Position numbers and translations under genes: made by a program
Shown: one piece after another, positions 9,109-18,750 of the stretch
How the letters are laid out: each line of letters begins with the position of its first letter
Numbering within the stretch: position 1 is the stretch's first letter
The notes under the pieces: model-generated
Databases searched by the model: none
The model's input: only the letters and a program-made list of their open reading frames with translations
What the model was told of the DNA's origin: nothing
DNA from: Dehalococcoidia bacterium
Lineage (GTDB): Bacteria; Chloroflexota; Dehalococcoidia; DSTF01; JACRBR01
Direction: 5' to 3'
NCBI GenBank assembly: GCA_041494685.1
Contig: JBGQBE010000025.1
Location: 1-42,310 of the forward strand
Length of the DNA stretch: 42,310 nucleotides

Positions 9109-9226
9109 GTCGGTGCCTCCTGCGATCCCCGCCCGCCCGGTTGGCGGGGGTTCGCGGTGGGACTATCGTACACCCTCCAGAGAGCGCCGCGATTCCAGGA
9201 CGCTCACAATACGCTGACAGATCGAG
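9052..9226 (-). repeat. Duplicated promoter/leader plus first ~19 codons (second copy 10503-10673)
   Basis: Shared blocks GCTATCCATGTCGGTGCCTCCTGC, TCGTACACCCT, GCGATTCCAGGACGCT and CTGACAGATCGAG. Confidence 0.9.
9203..9220 (-). promoter_or_regulatory. OmpR/PhoB-type tandem box CTGTCAGcgtaTTGTGAG upstream of the SBP operon
   Basis: 11-bp-period direct repeat resembling a pho box; candidate -10 TACGAT at 9170-9165. Confidence 0.55.
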
Positions 9227-9362
9227 GGATCGCGCCGGCTGCTGGCGTGAGCGCCGGCACGAACCACGCCACCCGGGTGTGGGCGCGAGCAACCAGAGCT
9301 GAACTTGACAGACGGATGCGCGGCGGGCGGAAGCGCCCGATGGTCTGCGTGTCGTCGCTCCT

Positions 9363-10559
9363 TCAGGGGGTGCCGTCGGTCAAGGCGTGACCCTTGAAGA
9401 ACGTCCACATCAGTTGGGTCGCGTCGATAGCGTCCGTCACGGGTCTGAATGCGGCTCCATCCGCCGCGTTGCTCATCTCCTTCATGACCTTGCTGCCCGG
9501 CCAATTGTGGCCGCCGGCGGCGATGACGAAGAACTGAACGGCGCTGGCTTGATCACAGCCGCCGAAGTCCCGCTCCTCGACGTCGACAGCCATCTGGACA
9601 ACGTTGGGGTTAGGACCGCAACCGTTGGCAGACGCCCAGGTGCCGACTACCTGCTCGACCGGCGGAACTCCAAATAGGTTGTCGGGCGGGCAGGTGGGCG
9701 CGCTCGGGGTCGGGAGCGGCTGGTTCAGAGCGAGCGCAAGAGCGACGTTCCCGACGCCGCCGCAGTACGGCGCCACGACGTCCTGCTTGCCCCAGAAGAC
9801 CACCATAGGGATCGGGCGCGGCGGATGGCACGCGTCGGAGCGCCTGATCCCGGACACGAGGCCGACGGCGGCGATCCGGTCGCCGCGGAGACAGGCGAGG
9901 ACCGAAGCCAGGCTGCCGCCAGAGGAGAGCCCGTCGATGTAGACCCGCGCCGTATCGACGCAAGCTGTCGCTTCCACTTCATCGAGCATCGAGGTGATGA
10001 ACTGCACGTCCACGTTCGCAGCGTCCTCCTTGCCGAAATTCCAATTCGTCGGCGTGCCGACTCCTTGCGGCGTTAGGACAATGAATGTCTCTCGTGCGGC
10101 CACGGCTTCAAACGCGCTGATCGCCACCTGCTTGTCGATGTTGAACGTCGCCCCATGCAGGTCGATCACCACGGGCGACGGGCGGTCGTCCGTGTGCTCC
10201 GGAAGGTAACGGCGGTACGTCCGTTGGGCCCCCGCCACCGCGATCGTCTCTGTGGCCGCGCCCGATGCCGATGGGTTCGGACCAGGACAACCAGACGAAG
10301 GCCGAACCGGCGCCATCGAGACCGCGGCCGTAGGCGCGGCCGCCGTCGCGGTGACCGACGCTGGTTGTGTCGGCGCGGCGTTCGGCGACGACGAGCACGC
10401 GGCCCCTACGATGGCGCCGAAGAGCACGCACATCGTCACAGCGTGCACCTTTTGGCGGCGGGCGCTGAAGGGCGACAGACCCCGGGTCAGATTGCCGATG
10501 AAGAACTCGCGGCGGCTCAAGGTCTGAGATTGGTGGATCGGTCTGAAGCGGCTATCCAT
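9363..10559 (-). CDS. LpqC/PHB-depolymerase-family alpha/beta hydrolase lipoprotein
   Basis: VIDLHG, GLSSGG nucleophile elbow, GGHNWPG catalytic His, GAAC lipobox; start at ATG 10559 after GGAGG. Confidence 0.85.
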   Translation of the reverse strand: MDSRFRPIHQSQTLSRREFFIGNLTRGLSPFSARRQKVHAVTMCVLFGAIVGAACSSSPNAAPTQPASVTATAAAPTAAVSMAPVRPSSGCPGPNPSASGAATETIAVAGAQRTYRRYLPEHTDDRPSPVVIDLHGATFNIDKQVAISAFEAVAARETFIVLTPQGVGTPTNWNFGKEDAANVDVQFITSMLDEVEATACVDTARVYIDGLSSGGSLASVLACLRGDRIAAVGLVSGIRRSDACHPPRPIPMVVFWGKQDVVAPYCGGVGNVALALALNQPLPTPSAPTCPPDNLFGVPPVEQVVGTWASANGCGPNPNVVQMAVDVEERDFGGCDQASAVQFFVIAAGGHNWPGSKVMKEMSNAADGAAFRPVTDAIDATQLMWTFFKGHALTDGTP

Positions 10560-10649
10560 GTCGGTGCCTCCTGCTATCCGCGCCGCCCGTACGCGGGGCT
10601 TCGCGGCACCAGTGTCGTACACCCTTCGGACCGCTGCGATTCCAGGACG

Positions 10650-10667
10650 CTGACAATACACTGACAG
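10650..10667 (-). promoter_or_regulatory. OmpR/PhoB-type tandem box CTGTCAGtgtaTTGTCAG upstream of the esterase
   Basis: Perfect TGTCAG repeat at 11-bp period, conserved in the duplicated promoter. Confidence 0.6.
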
Positions 10668-10867
10668 ATCGAGCAAATGGTTCGGTCATTGGGGGTTAGG
10701 AGGCGGCCGATCACGTCGGGCGCCACCCGGGGACGCGCGTGCGCCGGGAGGGCGAAATGGTGCGATCCGGCGGAGCAACGCCCGGTGGCGGGCATAACAA
10801 CGCGCGCGGAGCGGAACCTCATCCCGCAGAGTCATCCGGCCGGATAGCCCGGAGCGCGCGGCGTTCG

Positions 10868-11494
10868 TTACGTGGAATGGCGTTCGATTTTGTAACCAAC
10901 TCCGGGAACGCTCGCGATCCACTCATGCAAGGACGAGAGCTTCTGCTTCAATCGATGGACGACGCGATGCAGCATGTTGTACGTGTAGTTCCCCTTGCCC
11001 CAGATGGCCGTCCCCAACTCGTCTCGTGTGCACACTCTACCGTAGCGGGAGGTCAGCAGACTGAGGAGCTCGAACTCCTGCACTGACAGACGCACGTCCA
11101 CCTGCTGATCGCCAACCCACACCTCCCACGACGAGGAATCGCAGCGAATCGGGCAGTCGGCAGGCATCGGACGGAACGCCGTGGGTACGCCCTCCTGCGA
11201 AGCTGCGTCAAAGAACACGACAGATAGTTCGCCCATGGAGATCTCATCGCCAGAGGACAATAGCTGCATCTCGCTGATGCGACGGCCATTCACGTTCGTG
11301 CCGTTGGTGCTGCCCGTATCCACGACCATGTAACCAGACTCCGTCAATTCCAGGCGCGCATGTAGACGGGACATATAGCCGTACTCGAGCACGAGGTCAC
11401 AGGTGGGAGCGCGCCCGATGGTCGTGACCTTCTGCCTCAGTGGAAAGTCATGGTACTGACCCCCAGGGACCTGCACGACCAGTTTCGCGGTCAT
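10868..11494 (-). CDS. FHA domain + OmpR-type winged-helix transcription regulator
   Basis: FHA motifs IGR, SRLHA and GSTNGT; C-terminal QEFELL...RDEL...IWG...HRLKQKL...VPGVGY (Trans_reg_C). Confidence 0.9.
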   Translation of the reverse strand: MTAKLVVQVPGGQYHDFPLRQKVTTIGRAPTCDLVLEYGYMSRLHARLELTESGYMVVDTGSTNGTNVNGRRISEMQLLSSGDEISMGELSVVFFDAASQEGVPTAFRPMPADCPIRCDSSSWEVWVGDQQVDVRLSVQEFELLSLLTSRYGRVCTRDELGTAIWGKGNYTYNMLHRVVHRLKQKLSSLHEWIASVPGVGYKIERHST

Positions 11495-11893
11495 CTGACA
11501 ACTCCGGGTGCGCGACTGCCGCGCCGACGCCCATGCGGCTCGCGATCGCGCCCATCCCGCCGGCGCGAAGCTCGTGAGGCGAGCTTAGACTTGTGCTTGC
11601 CCCAGTTGCAAGCGAACGTCCGCCGTCGAAGGGTGTTGTGCGGCGAGGCCAGCATAACCCGGCACGATCATCTCTTAGTGTGCGTTTGGCTCTCCACGCA
11701 GCGGCGGCGACTGCCGCGCGATTGGCCGCTGGCGTATCGGGGCGAATCCCACAGCCGGCCGTGAGGACCACGCAATCCACGAGCGTTGCGCACGCCCATC
11801 GAAACAGCTCCGACAGCTAACGGCGCGCCTGGTTAACCTTTCGCGCTCGCCAGACGTTGTACTGAGCAAGGAACGCTGCCTGCACGCACTGGC

Positions 11894-12580
11894 TTGCAGG
11901 ATGCGAGCGAGAGACCTCGATTGAACCGCCGGAAGCTGCTCTCCGTCGTCGCCGTGTTCGGGCTCGCTGCGGCGGGACTAACTGTCGGCAGCTACTCGCT
12001 CCGCTTCTTCGGGCCACAGGCTAGCTGGAACGTGTTCGCGGCCGCGCCGACGGCTACGGCTACACCGACGCCCACTCCCACCAACACGCCGACCTTCACG
12101 CCGACGCCGACGGTCACGCCGACGCCGCTTCCGACATCGACGCCTGAGCCCCAGGTGCCGCCACCGAACCCACCGGCCGTGCCCGGTCCGGACGTTCAGG
12201 GCGAGCGCTGGATTCTCGTCGACATTGGCAACCAAACGGCGAGCGCGATGATCGGCGACCAGGTGATCTACGCAGCGCTCGTCTCGACGGGCAAAGACGG
12301 CTGGGATACGCCGACGGGGACGTTCCACATCTTGGATCGGGTGGCGGACGAGACCATGACGTCGGCGTCGATCGGCGCCGACGACTACTACGTGTTGAAG
12401 GACGTACTGTGGACGCAGTACTTCACGAACCGCGGCCACGCACTGCACGACAACTACTGGCGTCCGGACTATTACTTCGGCCGCGTACGCTCGAGCCATG
12501 GTTGCGTCGGGATGCGGGTCCAGGACGCGAAGTTCTTCTGGGACTTCGCGACGATCGGCACGCGCGTGATGATTCAGTGA
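11894..12580 (+). CDS. L,D-transpeptidase (YkuD family) with N-terminal anchor and Pro/Thr linker
   Basis: VSTG, TPTGTF, ALH...SHGCV catalytic motif; start uncertain (TTG 11894 or 11921). Confidence 0.88.
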   Translation: MQDASERPRLNRRKLLSVVAVFGLAAAGLTVGSYSLRFFGPQASWNVFAAAPTATATPTPTPTNTPTFTPTPTVTPTPLPTSTPEPQVPPPNPPAVPGPDVQGERWILVDIGNQTASAMIGDQVIYAALVSTGKDGWDTPTGTFHILDRVADETMTSASIGADDYYVLKDVLWTQYFTNRGHALHDNYWRPDYYFGRVRSSHGCVGMRVQDAKFFWDFATIGTRVMIQ

Positions 12581-12898
12581 ATCTCGTTACCTGGCCCCTC
12601 TGAGCCCGACCGAGCAGCTGGCCTCCGGACCCTCACCACGAAGTCATCGTGATGGGCCGACGTGCGAGGGAGCCTCGGCAGCCGCGGCGAGATGCACACA
12701 CGACGACGCGATACGGCTCTGAGGGTGCCGCCTGCGTGTCGCCACGCGGCCAGTGCAGGCACGGACCACATCCGGCCGGTGTCACGCCACGGCAATTGCT
12801 TGGTCCGCTATAGTCCCGACGGGACTAGCGACGAGTGGCTTAGATCGGCTCGGGCTGCCAGTTTTAGCGGAGCGCCCAACTGCACTAGAGGCGCGTGA

Positions 12899-13777
12899 AT
12901 GGACAATCAACGCTTGGCCGGCAAGACTTGCCTCGTCACCGGCGCGAACCAAGGCATCGGCAAAGAAACCGCGATCGGGATCGCCAGGCTCGGCGCGACG
13001 GTCGTCATCACTGCTCGCGACCGCGCGAAGGGCGAAATCGCGCTCGTCGACGTCAAACGCCGCAGCGCCAGCGACGCGGTCGAGTTCATGCTGGTGGACT
13101 TCGCCTCGCTGGACTCCATCCGGAAATTCGCAGGCGAGTTCCAACAGCGACACCAGCATTTGCACGTGCTCGTGAACAACGCGGGCGCCTACAACGCCGC
13201 CCGGACGCTTACGCAGGACGGCTTCGAGACAACGTTTGGCGTCAACCACTTGGGCTACTTCCTCACCACGAAGCTGCTGCTGGACACGATCAAGGCAAGC
13301 GCACCGGCGCGCATCGTCAATGTGAGCGCGGGAGCGCACACGGGCGCTTCGATCAACTTCGATGATTTGCAGGGCCAGCGGTCGTACGGCGGCTGGGGCG
13401 CCTACGCGCAGTCGAAGCTCGCCAACATCCTGTTCACCTACGAGTTGGCGCGGCGCCTCGAGGGCGCAGGTGTCACAGCCAACTGCCTGCATCCGGGCGT
13501 CGTGCTCACCGGATTCGGCCAGCACAACACGGGCCTCGCCGGCGGTCTCTTCCGCCTGTTCCACACCCTGGGACGGCCATTCCTGCTCACGCCCGAGAAG
13601 GGAGCACGGACATCTATCTACCTCGCGTCCTCGCCTGCCGTCGAAGGCGTCACGGGCAAGTATTTCGCCAACGGACGCGAGCAGAAGTCAAATGCCATAT
13701 CGCACGATGCCAATGTCGCTCGCCGGCTATGGGAAGTGAGCGAAGCGCTCGTCGCCTCGCCACCGCCACGAAGCTGA
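12899..13777 (+). CDS. SDR-family oxidoreductase (retinol-dehydrogenase-like)
   Basis: TGANQGIG, NNAG, YAQSK, LHPG motifs. Confidence 0.92.
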   Translation: MDNQRLAGKTCLVTGANQGIGKETAIGIARLGATVVITARDRAKGEIALVDVKRRSASDAVEFMLVDFASLDSIRKFAGEFQQRHQHLHVLVNNAGAYNAARTLTQDGFETTFGVNHLGYFLTTKLLLDTIKASAPARIVNVSAGAHTGASINFDDLQGQRSYGGWGAYAQSKLANILFTYELARRLEGAGVTANCLHPGVVLTGFGQHNTGLAGGLFRLFHTLGRPFLLTPEKGARTSIYLASSPAVEGVTGKYFANGREQKSNAISHDANVARRLWEVSEALVASPPPRS

Positions 13778-13967
13778 TCGGGGATACCGGCCGTTGGCGC
13801 CAGGTAGCTCCCCGTAAAGCGTTGCTCGCACTGAGCGGTCACGATCCGCTCATAGTGGCGGCAGCTCCGACGCCCGTTCGTCTCGTCCGTTCAGGACACC
13901 GGGCGGAGCCGTTCGCCTCTTATCGGTTTGTGGATCAGGCGAATACCATAGGCGTGCGAGGGAGTTC

Positions 13968-14606
13968 ATGACGATCGAGTTGTGCTTTGCCACGCGGGCG
14001 GAGCGACGCAAGACGCTTCCCGGCGACGAACTGGTGCCGAATCCGCTTGGCTCGGTCACGCATGCGGTGACAATCAACGCGCCGCCGGAGCTCGTCTGGC
14101 TATGGTTGGTGCAGTTGGGCTCCGGCCGAGCCGGGTGGTATTCCTACGACCACGTCGACAACGGCGGCGTGCCGAGCGCGCGCAAAGTCGTCGCGGAGCT
14201 GCAGCACGTGGCGGTTGGGGACGTGATGCCGTGGCTGCCCGGAGCGCAAGATGGCTTCGTCGTCGGCGAAGTCACGCCCGAACGCGCATTGGTCCTCGTC
14301 GTTCCCCTTCAACGTTCCGTTCTGGACTCGGTTGCCTCGGCGCCGCGGCTTCGCGCGAGTTGGGCGCTGGTGCTCGAGCCTGTGAACAGCGACAAGACGC
14401 GCCTCATCGCGCGCAGTCGACCGTCTCGCGACTGGCTTGCGAACCAGGGCTACAACACACCAGGACGACCGCTCCCCATCGAGCGGGTCTATGACTTCAT
14501 GGCGAAGCTGCCGCGACCTCTCCTCCTCCCGCTCGCGGCGTGCGGCCACTACGTCATGGAGTCCCGGATGCTTCGCGGCGTGAAGTCGCGGGCCGAGCGA
14601 AGCTGA
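13968..14606 (+). CDS. SRPBCC/START-like conserved hypothetical protein
   Basis: LPGDELVP...AVTINAPPELVWLWLVQLG..RAGWYSYD pattern; GGGAG RBS. Confidence 0.7.
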   Translation: MTIELCFATRAERRKTLPGDELVPNPLGSVTHAVTINAPPELVWLWLVQLGSGRAGWYSYDHVDNGGVPSARKVVAELQHVAVGDVMPWLPGAQDGFVVGEVTPERALVLVVPLQRSVLDSVASAPRLRASWALVLEPVNSDKTRLIARSRPSRDWLANQGYNTPGRPLPIERVYDFMAKLPRPLLLPLAACGHYVMESRMLRGVKSRAERS

Positions 14607-14722
14607 GCCAGCCAGCGCTTCCACGCCAGTGTTCGCGACGGCGTGCCCGGGGATCGCTCATTCGCCGCACACGATGTCTCATAGCGATGGGTCGGCCATC
14701 GGGCGACCTTCATGGTGCCGCG

Positions 14723-15355
14723 TCAGAGATCCTTGACGATCAAGACGCGCCCCGGACTGCCCGTCATTTGCTCGTAGCGAGAGTTCTCCTTCGTCGCCAC
14801 CGTTCGGAATCCTGCACGCTCGTACAGCCGTCGGGCGGGATTCGTGATGCCAGTCTCCAGACACATACGTCGAAATCCGCCGCGACGCGCAAGGTCCTCG
14901 GCATGTTGTAAGAGTCGTCCGCCGATCCCGCGGTTGCGCAGCTGCTCGTCGACGTAGAGTTCGGCGACTAGGAACGCATCGGACATGGGCGCGAACTGCA
15001 CCCGCTGGCGTAGCCACATTCCGCACAACCCTCGTGGCAGGGCCGGACCGAGGACGGCGACGGCGCGCGGAATGAGCTGCAGGAGACCCGCGGCGCTCAT
15101 CCGGATAGCGTACTGACTGCCGCAATCCATCACGCCGACCACGGCGCCGTCGAGGATTGCCACAGTGGTGCGCGCTAATGCGATTGACACACCCGATCGA
15201 ACAAGCAGATCGCCGAGCCGGCTGGCGCGTTCTACACCCAGGAGCGTGGCAGTCGGCGGCTCCGGCGGATAGTTCATGATGCGCGAGATTACCAGCAAGT
15301 CGGCCTTGATGGCCTGCCGCAACGCGACGACGTCAGATAGGGATTGATCCATCAC
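14723..15355 (-). CDS. GNAT acetyltransferase
   Basis: LYVDEQLRNRGIGGRLL motif A; NPARRLYERAGF motif B. Confidence 0.85.
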   Translation of the reverse strand: MMDQSLSDVVALRQAIKADLLVISRIMNYPPEPPTATLLGVERASRLGDLLVRSGVSIALARTTVAILDGAVVGVMDCGSQYAIRMSAAGLLQLIPRAVAVLGPALPRGLCGMWLRQRVQFAPMSDAFLVAELYVDEQLRNRGIGGRLLQHAEDLARRGGFRRMCLETGITNPARRLYERAGFRTVATKENSRYEQMTGSPGRVLIVKDL

Positions 15356-15588
15356 GCCGTGATCGTGGCGCCGCCCGAAGACCGCTGCAAGGCGTCGCGT
15401 CTTGCGTATTCCGCAACGGTTGCATTGAAGCCAGAGCGGGTTTCTAGTGCACCTAGCTCACGGTGGGCTGGGCCTCGACGCTTCTGCGACACGATGACCT
15501 CTCTGGTGCTGGTCAATTCGCGCAGAATCTGCCGGTCGCGTTGGAGCCTCGGCGTGCCTTCGCCGGGCCGACTCTGGCGTACTTACTC

Positions 15589-17049
15589 TTAACGGTACAC
15601 GGATCGCACGACGTCCTCGGCGCGATAACTGCCGTCCGGGGCCGTGTTGATCTGATCGTAGAAGTCGACGTTCTTACCGAAGGTGACGATCATCGGCTCG
15701 CGGCCATTTCGGGCGACCCGCCCGAAGCCGGCGGCTGCAGCGAGACCGTTGCAGAGGCAGACGACGCCGGCGGTCTTCTCCCGGCGCCCGCCTTTCCGAA
15801 GGTAGGCGCCGACGGGTTCGCCCGGGCAGCGAAATCCGACGCCGGTTCCGCTCCCCCCGGGCTTCGTGTACGCCTCCACGATATGGCCGATATTGCAGAT
15901 GCGACTCCTCGACCGGTAGACGTGGGCCTCCGAGAGCGTTTCCGCGAGCTGCGCGATCTGGAAGGGGAATCCGGTAGGAGAGGCAGTCGCGCTGGTGGTC
16001 ACCTGGAGGATGCCGGCCGCTATCTGTCCACGCAACTCGCGTTTCACGTTGGCATCCAGGCCAGACTCGTCGCAGAGGGCGAAGGCAGAGCCGACCTGGA
16101 CGCCGGCCGCTCCGAGCGCCATGGCTTCCGGGAGCCTGCAGGCGTAGGAACCGGCGAGCCAGAACGGCTTGCCGAGGCTCCGCATCCTGGCCAGGTCGGG
16201 CTGGTCCCGCTCGCCATAGATGGGCTGACCCGCCTCGTCGACATCCTTCCCCCGCGCGGGCGCATTATGGCCGCCGGCGGTCGGGCCTTCGATGATGAAT
16301 CCGTCGACTTCCACGGTGCTGGCGAGGCGCATGGCGAGCGCGTGATGAGAGACGATCGCGAAGAAGCGGGGCTTCTTGAGCTCCCTGCCCGGCGAGATGA
16401 AGGGACGCGGATCGAGGGTCATCAGGTGCTTTTCGTTCGTGCCCGCAACATCCAGTTTGTACGAGGCCAACTGGAGCGACGCGTAGCTCTGGAGCACCGC
16501 GGGGATCTGATGGGGAATGCCGGCGCCCACGAGCACATAGTCCACACCGGCCAGCATGGCGCCGAGGATCATCGGCAGGTGCATCAGTTGCAGCTTCTCG
16601 AGGATGTTGATGCCCACAGGGCCGTTGTGGCCGCTCTTCGCCAGGCTGACCTCGACAAAGGCGGCAGCGACGGTGAGACGCGTCAGGTGCGCCTTCATCG
16701 CCGCGGTCCCGTTGACGAGCACTTCGGGCTTGGGTGCGAACCGATGGCGGCCTCCGCTCGGCCCCGACATGCTCGCTCCATAGACCGCGAGGAGTTCGCT
16801 GGCCAGCCCGGGGTCGTAGTCCGTGAGCGTGCGGAGGGTATCGGGATCTCCCCGCTGGAGGCGGTGGATCATCACGTCGGAAAGCCCCGTGCCCGAAACG
16901 ACTCCTAGGACGGGCCGACCGAGCTTCTCGCCCGCTATGGCGACGGCCCGGGCCAGCCGCCAGCTCGAAACACCTACCCCCATGCCGCCCTGAATGAGCT
17001 GGGGTGGTGGCGGCGCGTGGACGGAATCGCTTTCGGCGGGTTGTGTCAT
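15589..17049 (-). CDS. Nitronate monooxygenase/FabK-like FMN enzyme with Cys-rich C-terminus
   Basis: IQGGMGVGVS, EGPTAGGH, GAAGVQVGSAF, CLCNGL; start set at ATG 17049. Confidence 0.85.
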   Translation of the reverse strand: MTQPAESDSVHAPPPPQLIQGGMGVGVSSWRLARAVAIAGEKLGRPVLGVVSGTGLSDVMIHRLQRGDPDTLRTLTDYDPGLASELLAVYGASMSGPSGGRHRFAPKPEVLVNGTAAMKAHLTRLTVAAAFVEVSLAKSGHNGPVGINILEKLQLMHLPMILGAMLAGVDYVLVGAGIPHQIPAVLQSYASLQLASYKLDVAGTNEKHLMTLDPRPFISPGRELKKPRFFAIVSHHALAMRLASTVEVDGFIIEGPTAGGHNAPARGKDVDEAGQPIYGERDQPDLARMRSLGKPFWLAGSYACRLPEAMALGAAGVQVGSAFALCDESGLDANVKRELRGQIAAGILQVTTSATASPTGFPFQIAQLAETLSEAHVYRSRSRICNIGHIVEAYTKPGGSGTGVGFRCPGEPVGAYLRKGGRREKTAGVVCLCNGLAAAAGFGRVARNGREPMIVTFGKNVDFYDQINTAPDGSYRAEDVVRSVYR

Positions 17050-17267
17050 GCAGGGTTGGCCCTCGTCGTCATTATGCACGGAGAGAGCCGAACGCGACAT
17101 CCTCCGCGGGCAACGCGGCATGGCCTCGCCTTGACTGAGGTTCTGCGTACTCGTTCCGTGAACTAGTACGCACGAGCCCCCCACGATGGGGACATCGTGT
17201 CGATTCGGTAGGCGTGCCTTTCACGAACTGCCCAGGCGTCTCGTACCATGAGGGCACGCGGAGCATC

Positions 17268-17720
17268 ATGGTCAACGTGCGCATCCGAACATGCCTTGAT
17301 TCTGAACTCGACGCGGTGCTCGCACTGTGGCGAGAAGCTGCGGCCTTCGCGACGGCGACGGACGACCGGGATGGGTTGCTGGCGCTGCACGGACGCGACG
17401 CAGATGCGCTGCTCGTTGCGGAGGACGCAGGTCGGATCATCGGAAGCGTAATCGCCGGCTGGGACGGGTGGCGTGGTGGCATCTATCGCCTCGTCGTCGC
17501 GGAGTCACATCGTCGGCGCGGCGTGGCACGCACTCTAGTGCGCAAGGCCGTGGCGGCGCTTGAAGCTCGTGGCGTGCGGCGTATTGCCGCTGTTGTCGAC
17601 GCCGATGACAAGCAGGCGATGGCCTTCTGGCGCGCCCTGGCCGCGGACGGCTTCTTCCACGACGCCGAGCGGACGCGCTTCACGAGGAGCCGTGACGTTC
17701 GAGCACCTGGGTCCGCTTGA
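17268..17720 (+). CDS. GNAT acetyltransferase (YpeA-like)
   Basis: IAGWDGWRGGIYRLVV..HRRRGVA; GGAG RBS before ATG 17268. Confidence 0.85.
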   Translation: MVNVRIRTCLDSELDAVLALWREAAAFATATDDRDGLLALHGRDADALLVAEDAGRIIGSVIAGWDGWRGGIYRLVVAESHRRRGVARTLVRKAVAALEARGVRRIAAVVDADDKQAMAFWRALAADGFFHDAERTRFTRSRDVRAPGSA

Positions 17721-17883
17721 AACGGTGAAGCGCGCGGGACTTCAGAGTCGAGGCCGACTCAGGCTGGCAGTCCGAGAGCCACGCACACGATGGCACAATC
17801 GTGCCTCGTCCTGCCATGCGAACTCCGTGGCGACACCATCACCGTCGTGTGTTGGTTGCGGCCGCCGGAGATGCAGGTCGGCG

Positions 17884-18750
17884 TTAGGGTAGGCGTGCGG
17901 GAGGCGTGTTCGTCGGCTGCGGCGTGGCGGTCGGCGGCGAAGGCGTCGGCGTGCAGGCGCCGAGAGTCGCCGGAGGGGCGCAGGTGGGCGTCGAGGCCGG
18001 CCCCGGCGTCGGCGTGGCGCTGGCCGGAGGTGGCGCGGGCGGCGCGACGGTGACGACCGTCGAGGCGGTCGGCGCAGGGAGCGGCGTGTCCTTCAGCGGC
18101 GGTGACGGCACGGGCGTTGGCGTCGAAACAGCGCCACCGTTGCCAGCGGGCGTCGGAGTGGCGGGCAAGATGATCGTCGCAACGGCGGTAGCGGCGATTC
18201 GCGGCGTCGCGGTTGGGGTGGCCGCCGTGTCACTGCCTCCGCCGAAGCCACCGGACGCGAATATGACGACGCCAATCGTCGCCACAATGGCAGCGACTCC
18301 AGCGACGAGCCACAACCCAGCAAAGTAGACCCAGGTTGCCGAGATGCACACCCATTTCGCGACCCAGTACCAGATAGTGCAGACCCAGCTCGCCAAGAAC
18401 GACCACATGATGCAGAACAGGCCCACAAGCTCGAGCAACGTGATGCAGACCACGTTGGCCACCCAGTACCAGCCGAGGCAGACCCAGTTCGCGACCCAGT
18501 AGAACGCGTCACAGAACCAGGAACAGGGTGCCCAGTCACAGCACTGGCTGCTGCCCTGGTCGGCCCACTGGGTGCACTGGCTGCTGCCGTGGTCGGCCCA
18601 CTGCGTGCATTGCTGGGTGACGTGTTCGACCCACTGATCGCACTGCTGCTTGACGTGTTCGACCCACCGGGCGCACCGGTTGGCGCCCTGGTCGGCCCAA
18701 TTTCGGCAAGCCTCGTAAGCGGCGGCACGCCGGGCGTTCTTGCTAGGCAT
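17884..18750 (-). CDS. Cys/Trp 11-residue-repeat membrane protein with Pro/Thr-rich tail
   Basis: CxxW repeats at 11-aa period, then a TM helix and PT-rich C-terminus; ATG 18750 overlaps the end of the upstream gene. Confidence 0.7.
   Translation of the reverse strand: MPSKNARRAAAYEACRNWADQGANRCARWVEHVKQQCDQWVEHVTQQCTQWADHGSSQCTQWADQGSSQCCDWAPCSWFCDAFYWVANWVCLGWYWVANVVCITLLELVGLFCIMWSFLASWVCTIWYWVAKWVCISATWVYFAGLWLVAGVAAIVATIGVVIFASGGFGGGSDTAATPTATPRIAATAVATIILPATPTPAGNGGAVSTPTPVPSPPLKDTPLPAPTASTVVTVAPPAPPPASATPTPGPASTPTCAPPATLGACTPTPSPPTATPQPTNTPPARLP
18541..18705. repeat. Five degenerate 33-bp tandem units encoding the CxxW repeats
   Basis: Units start GCA at 18541, 18574, 18607, 18640 and 18673. 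Confidence 0.85.

Noticed and set aside
18541..18705. CRISPR-like array
   Set aside because: The 33-bp units are contiguous, in-frame coding repeats without spacers, and no cas genes are present.
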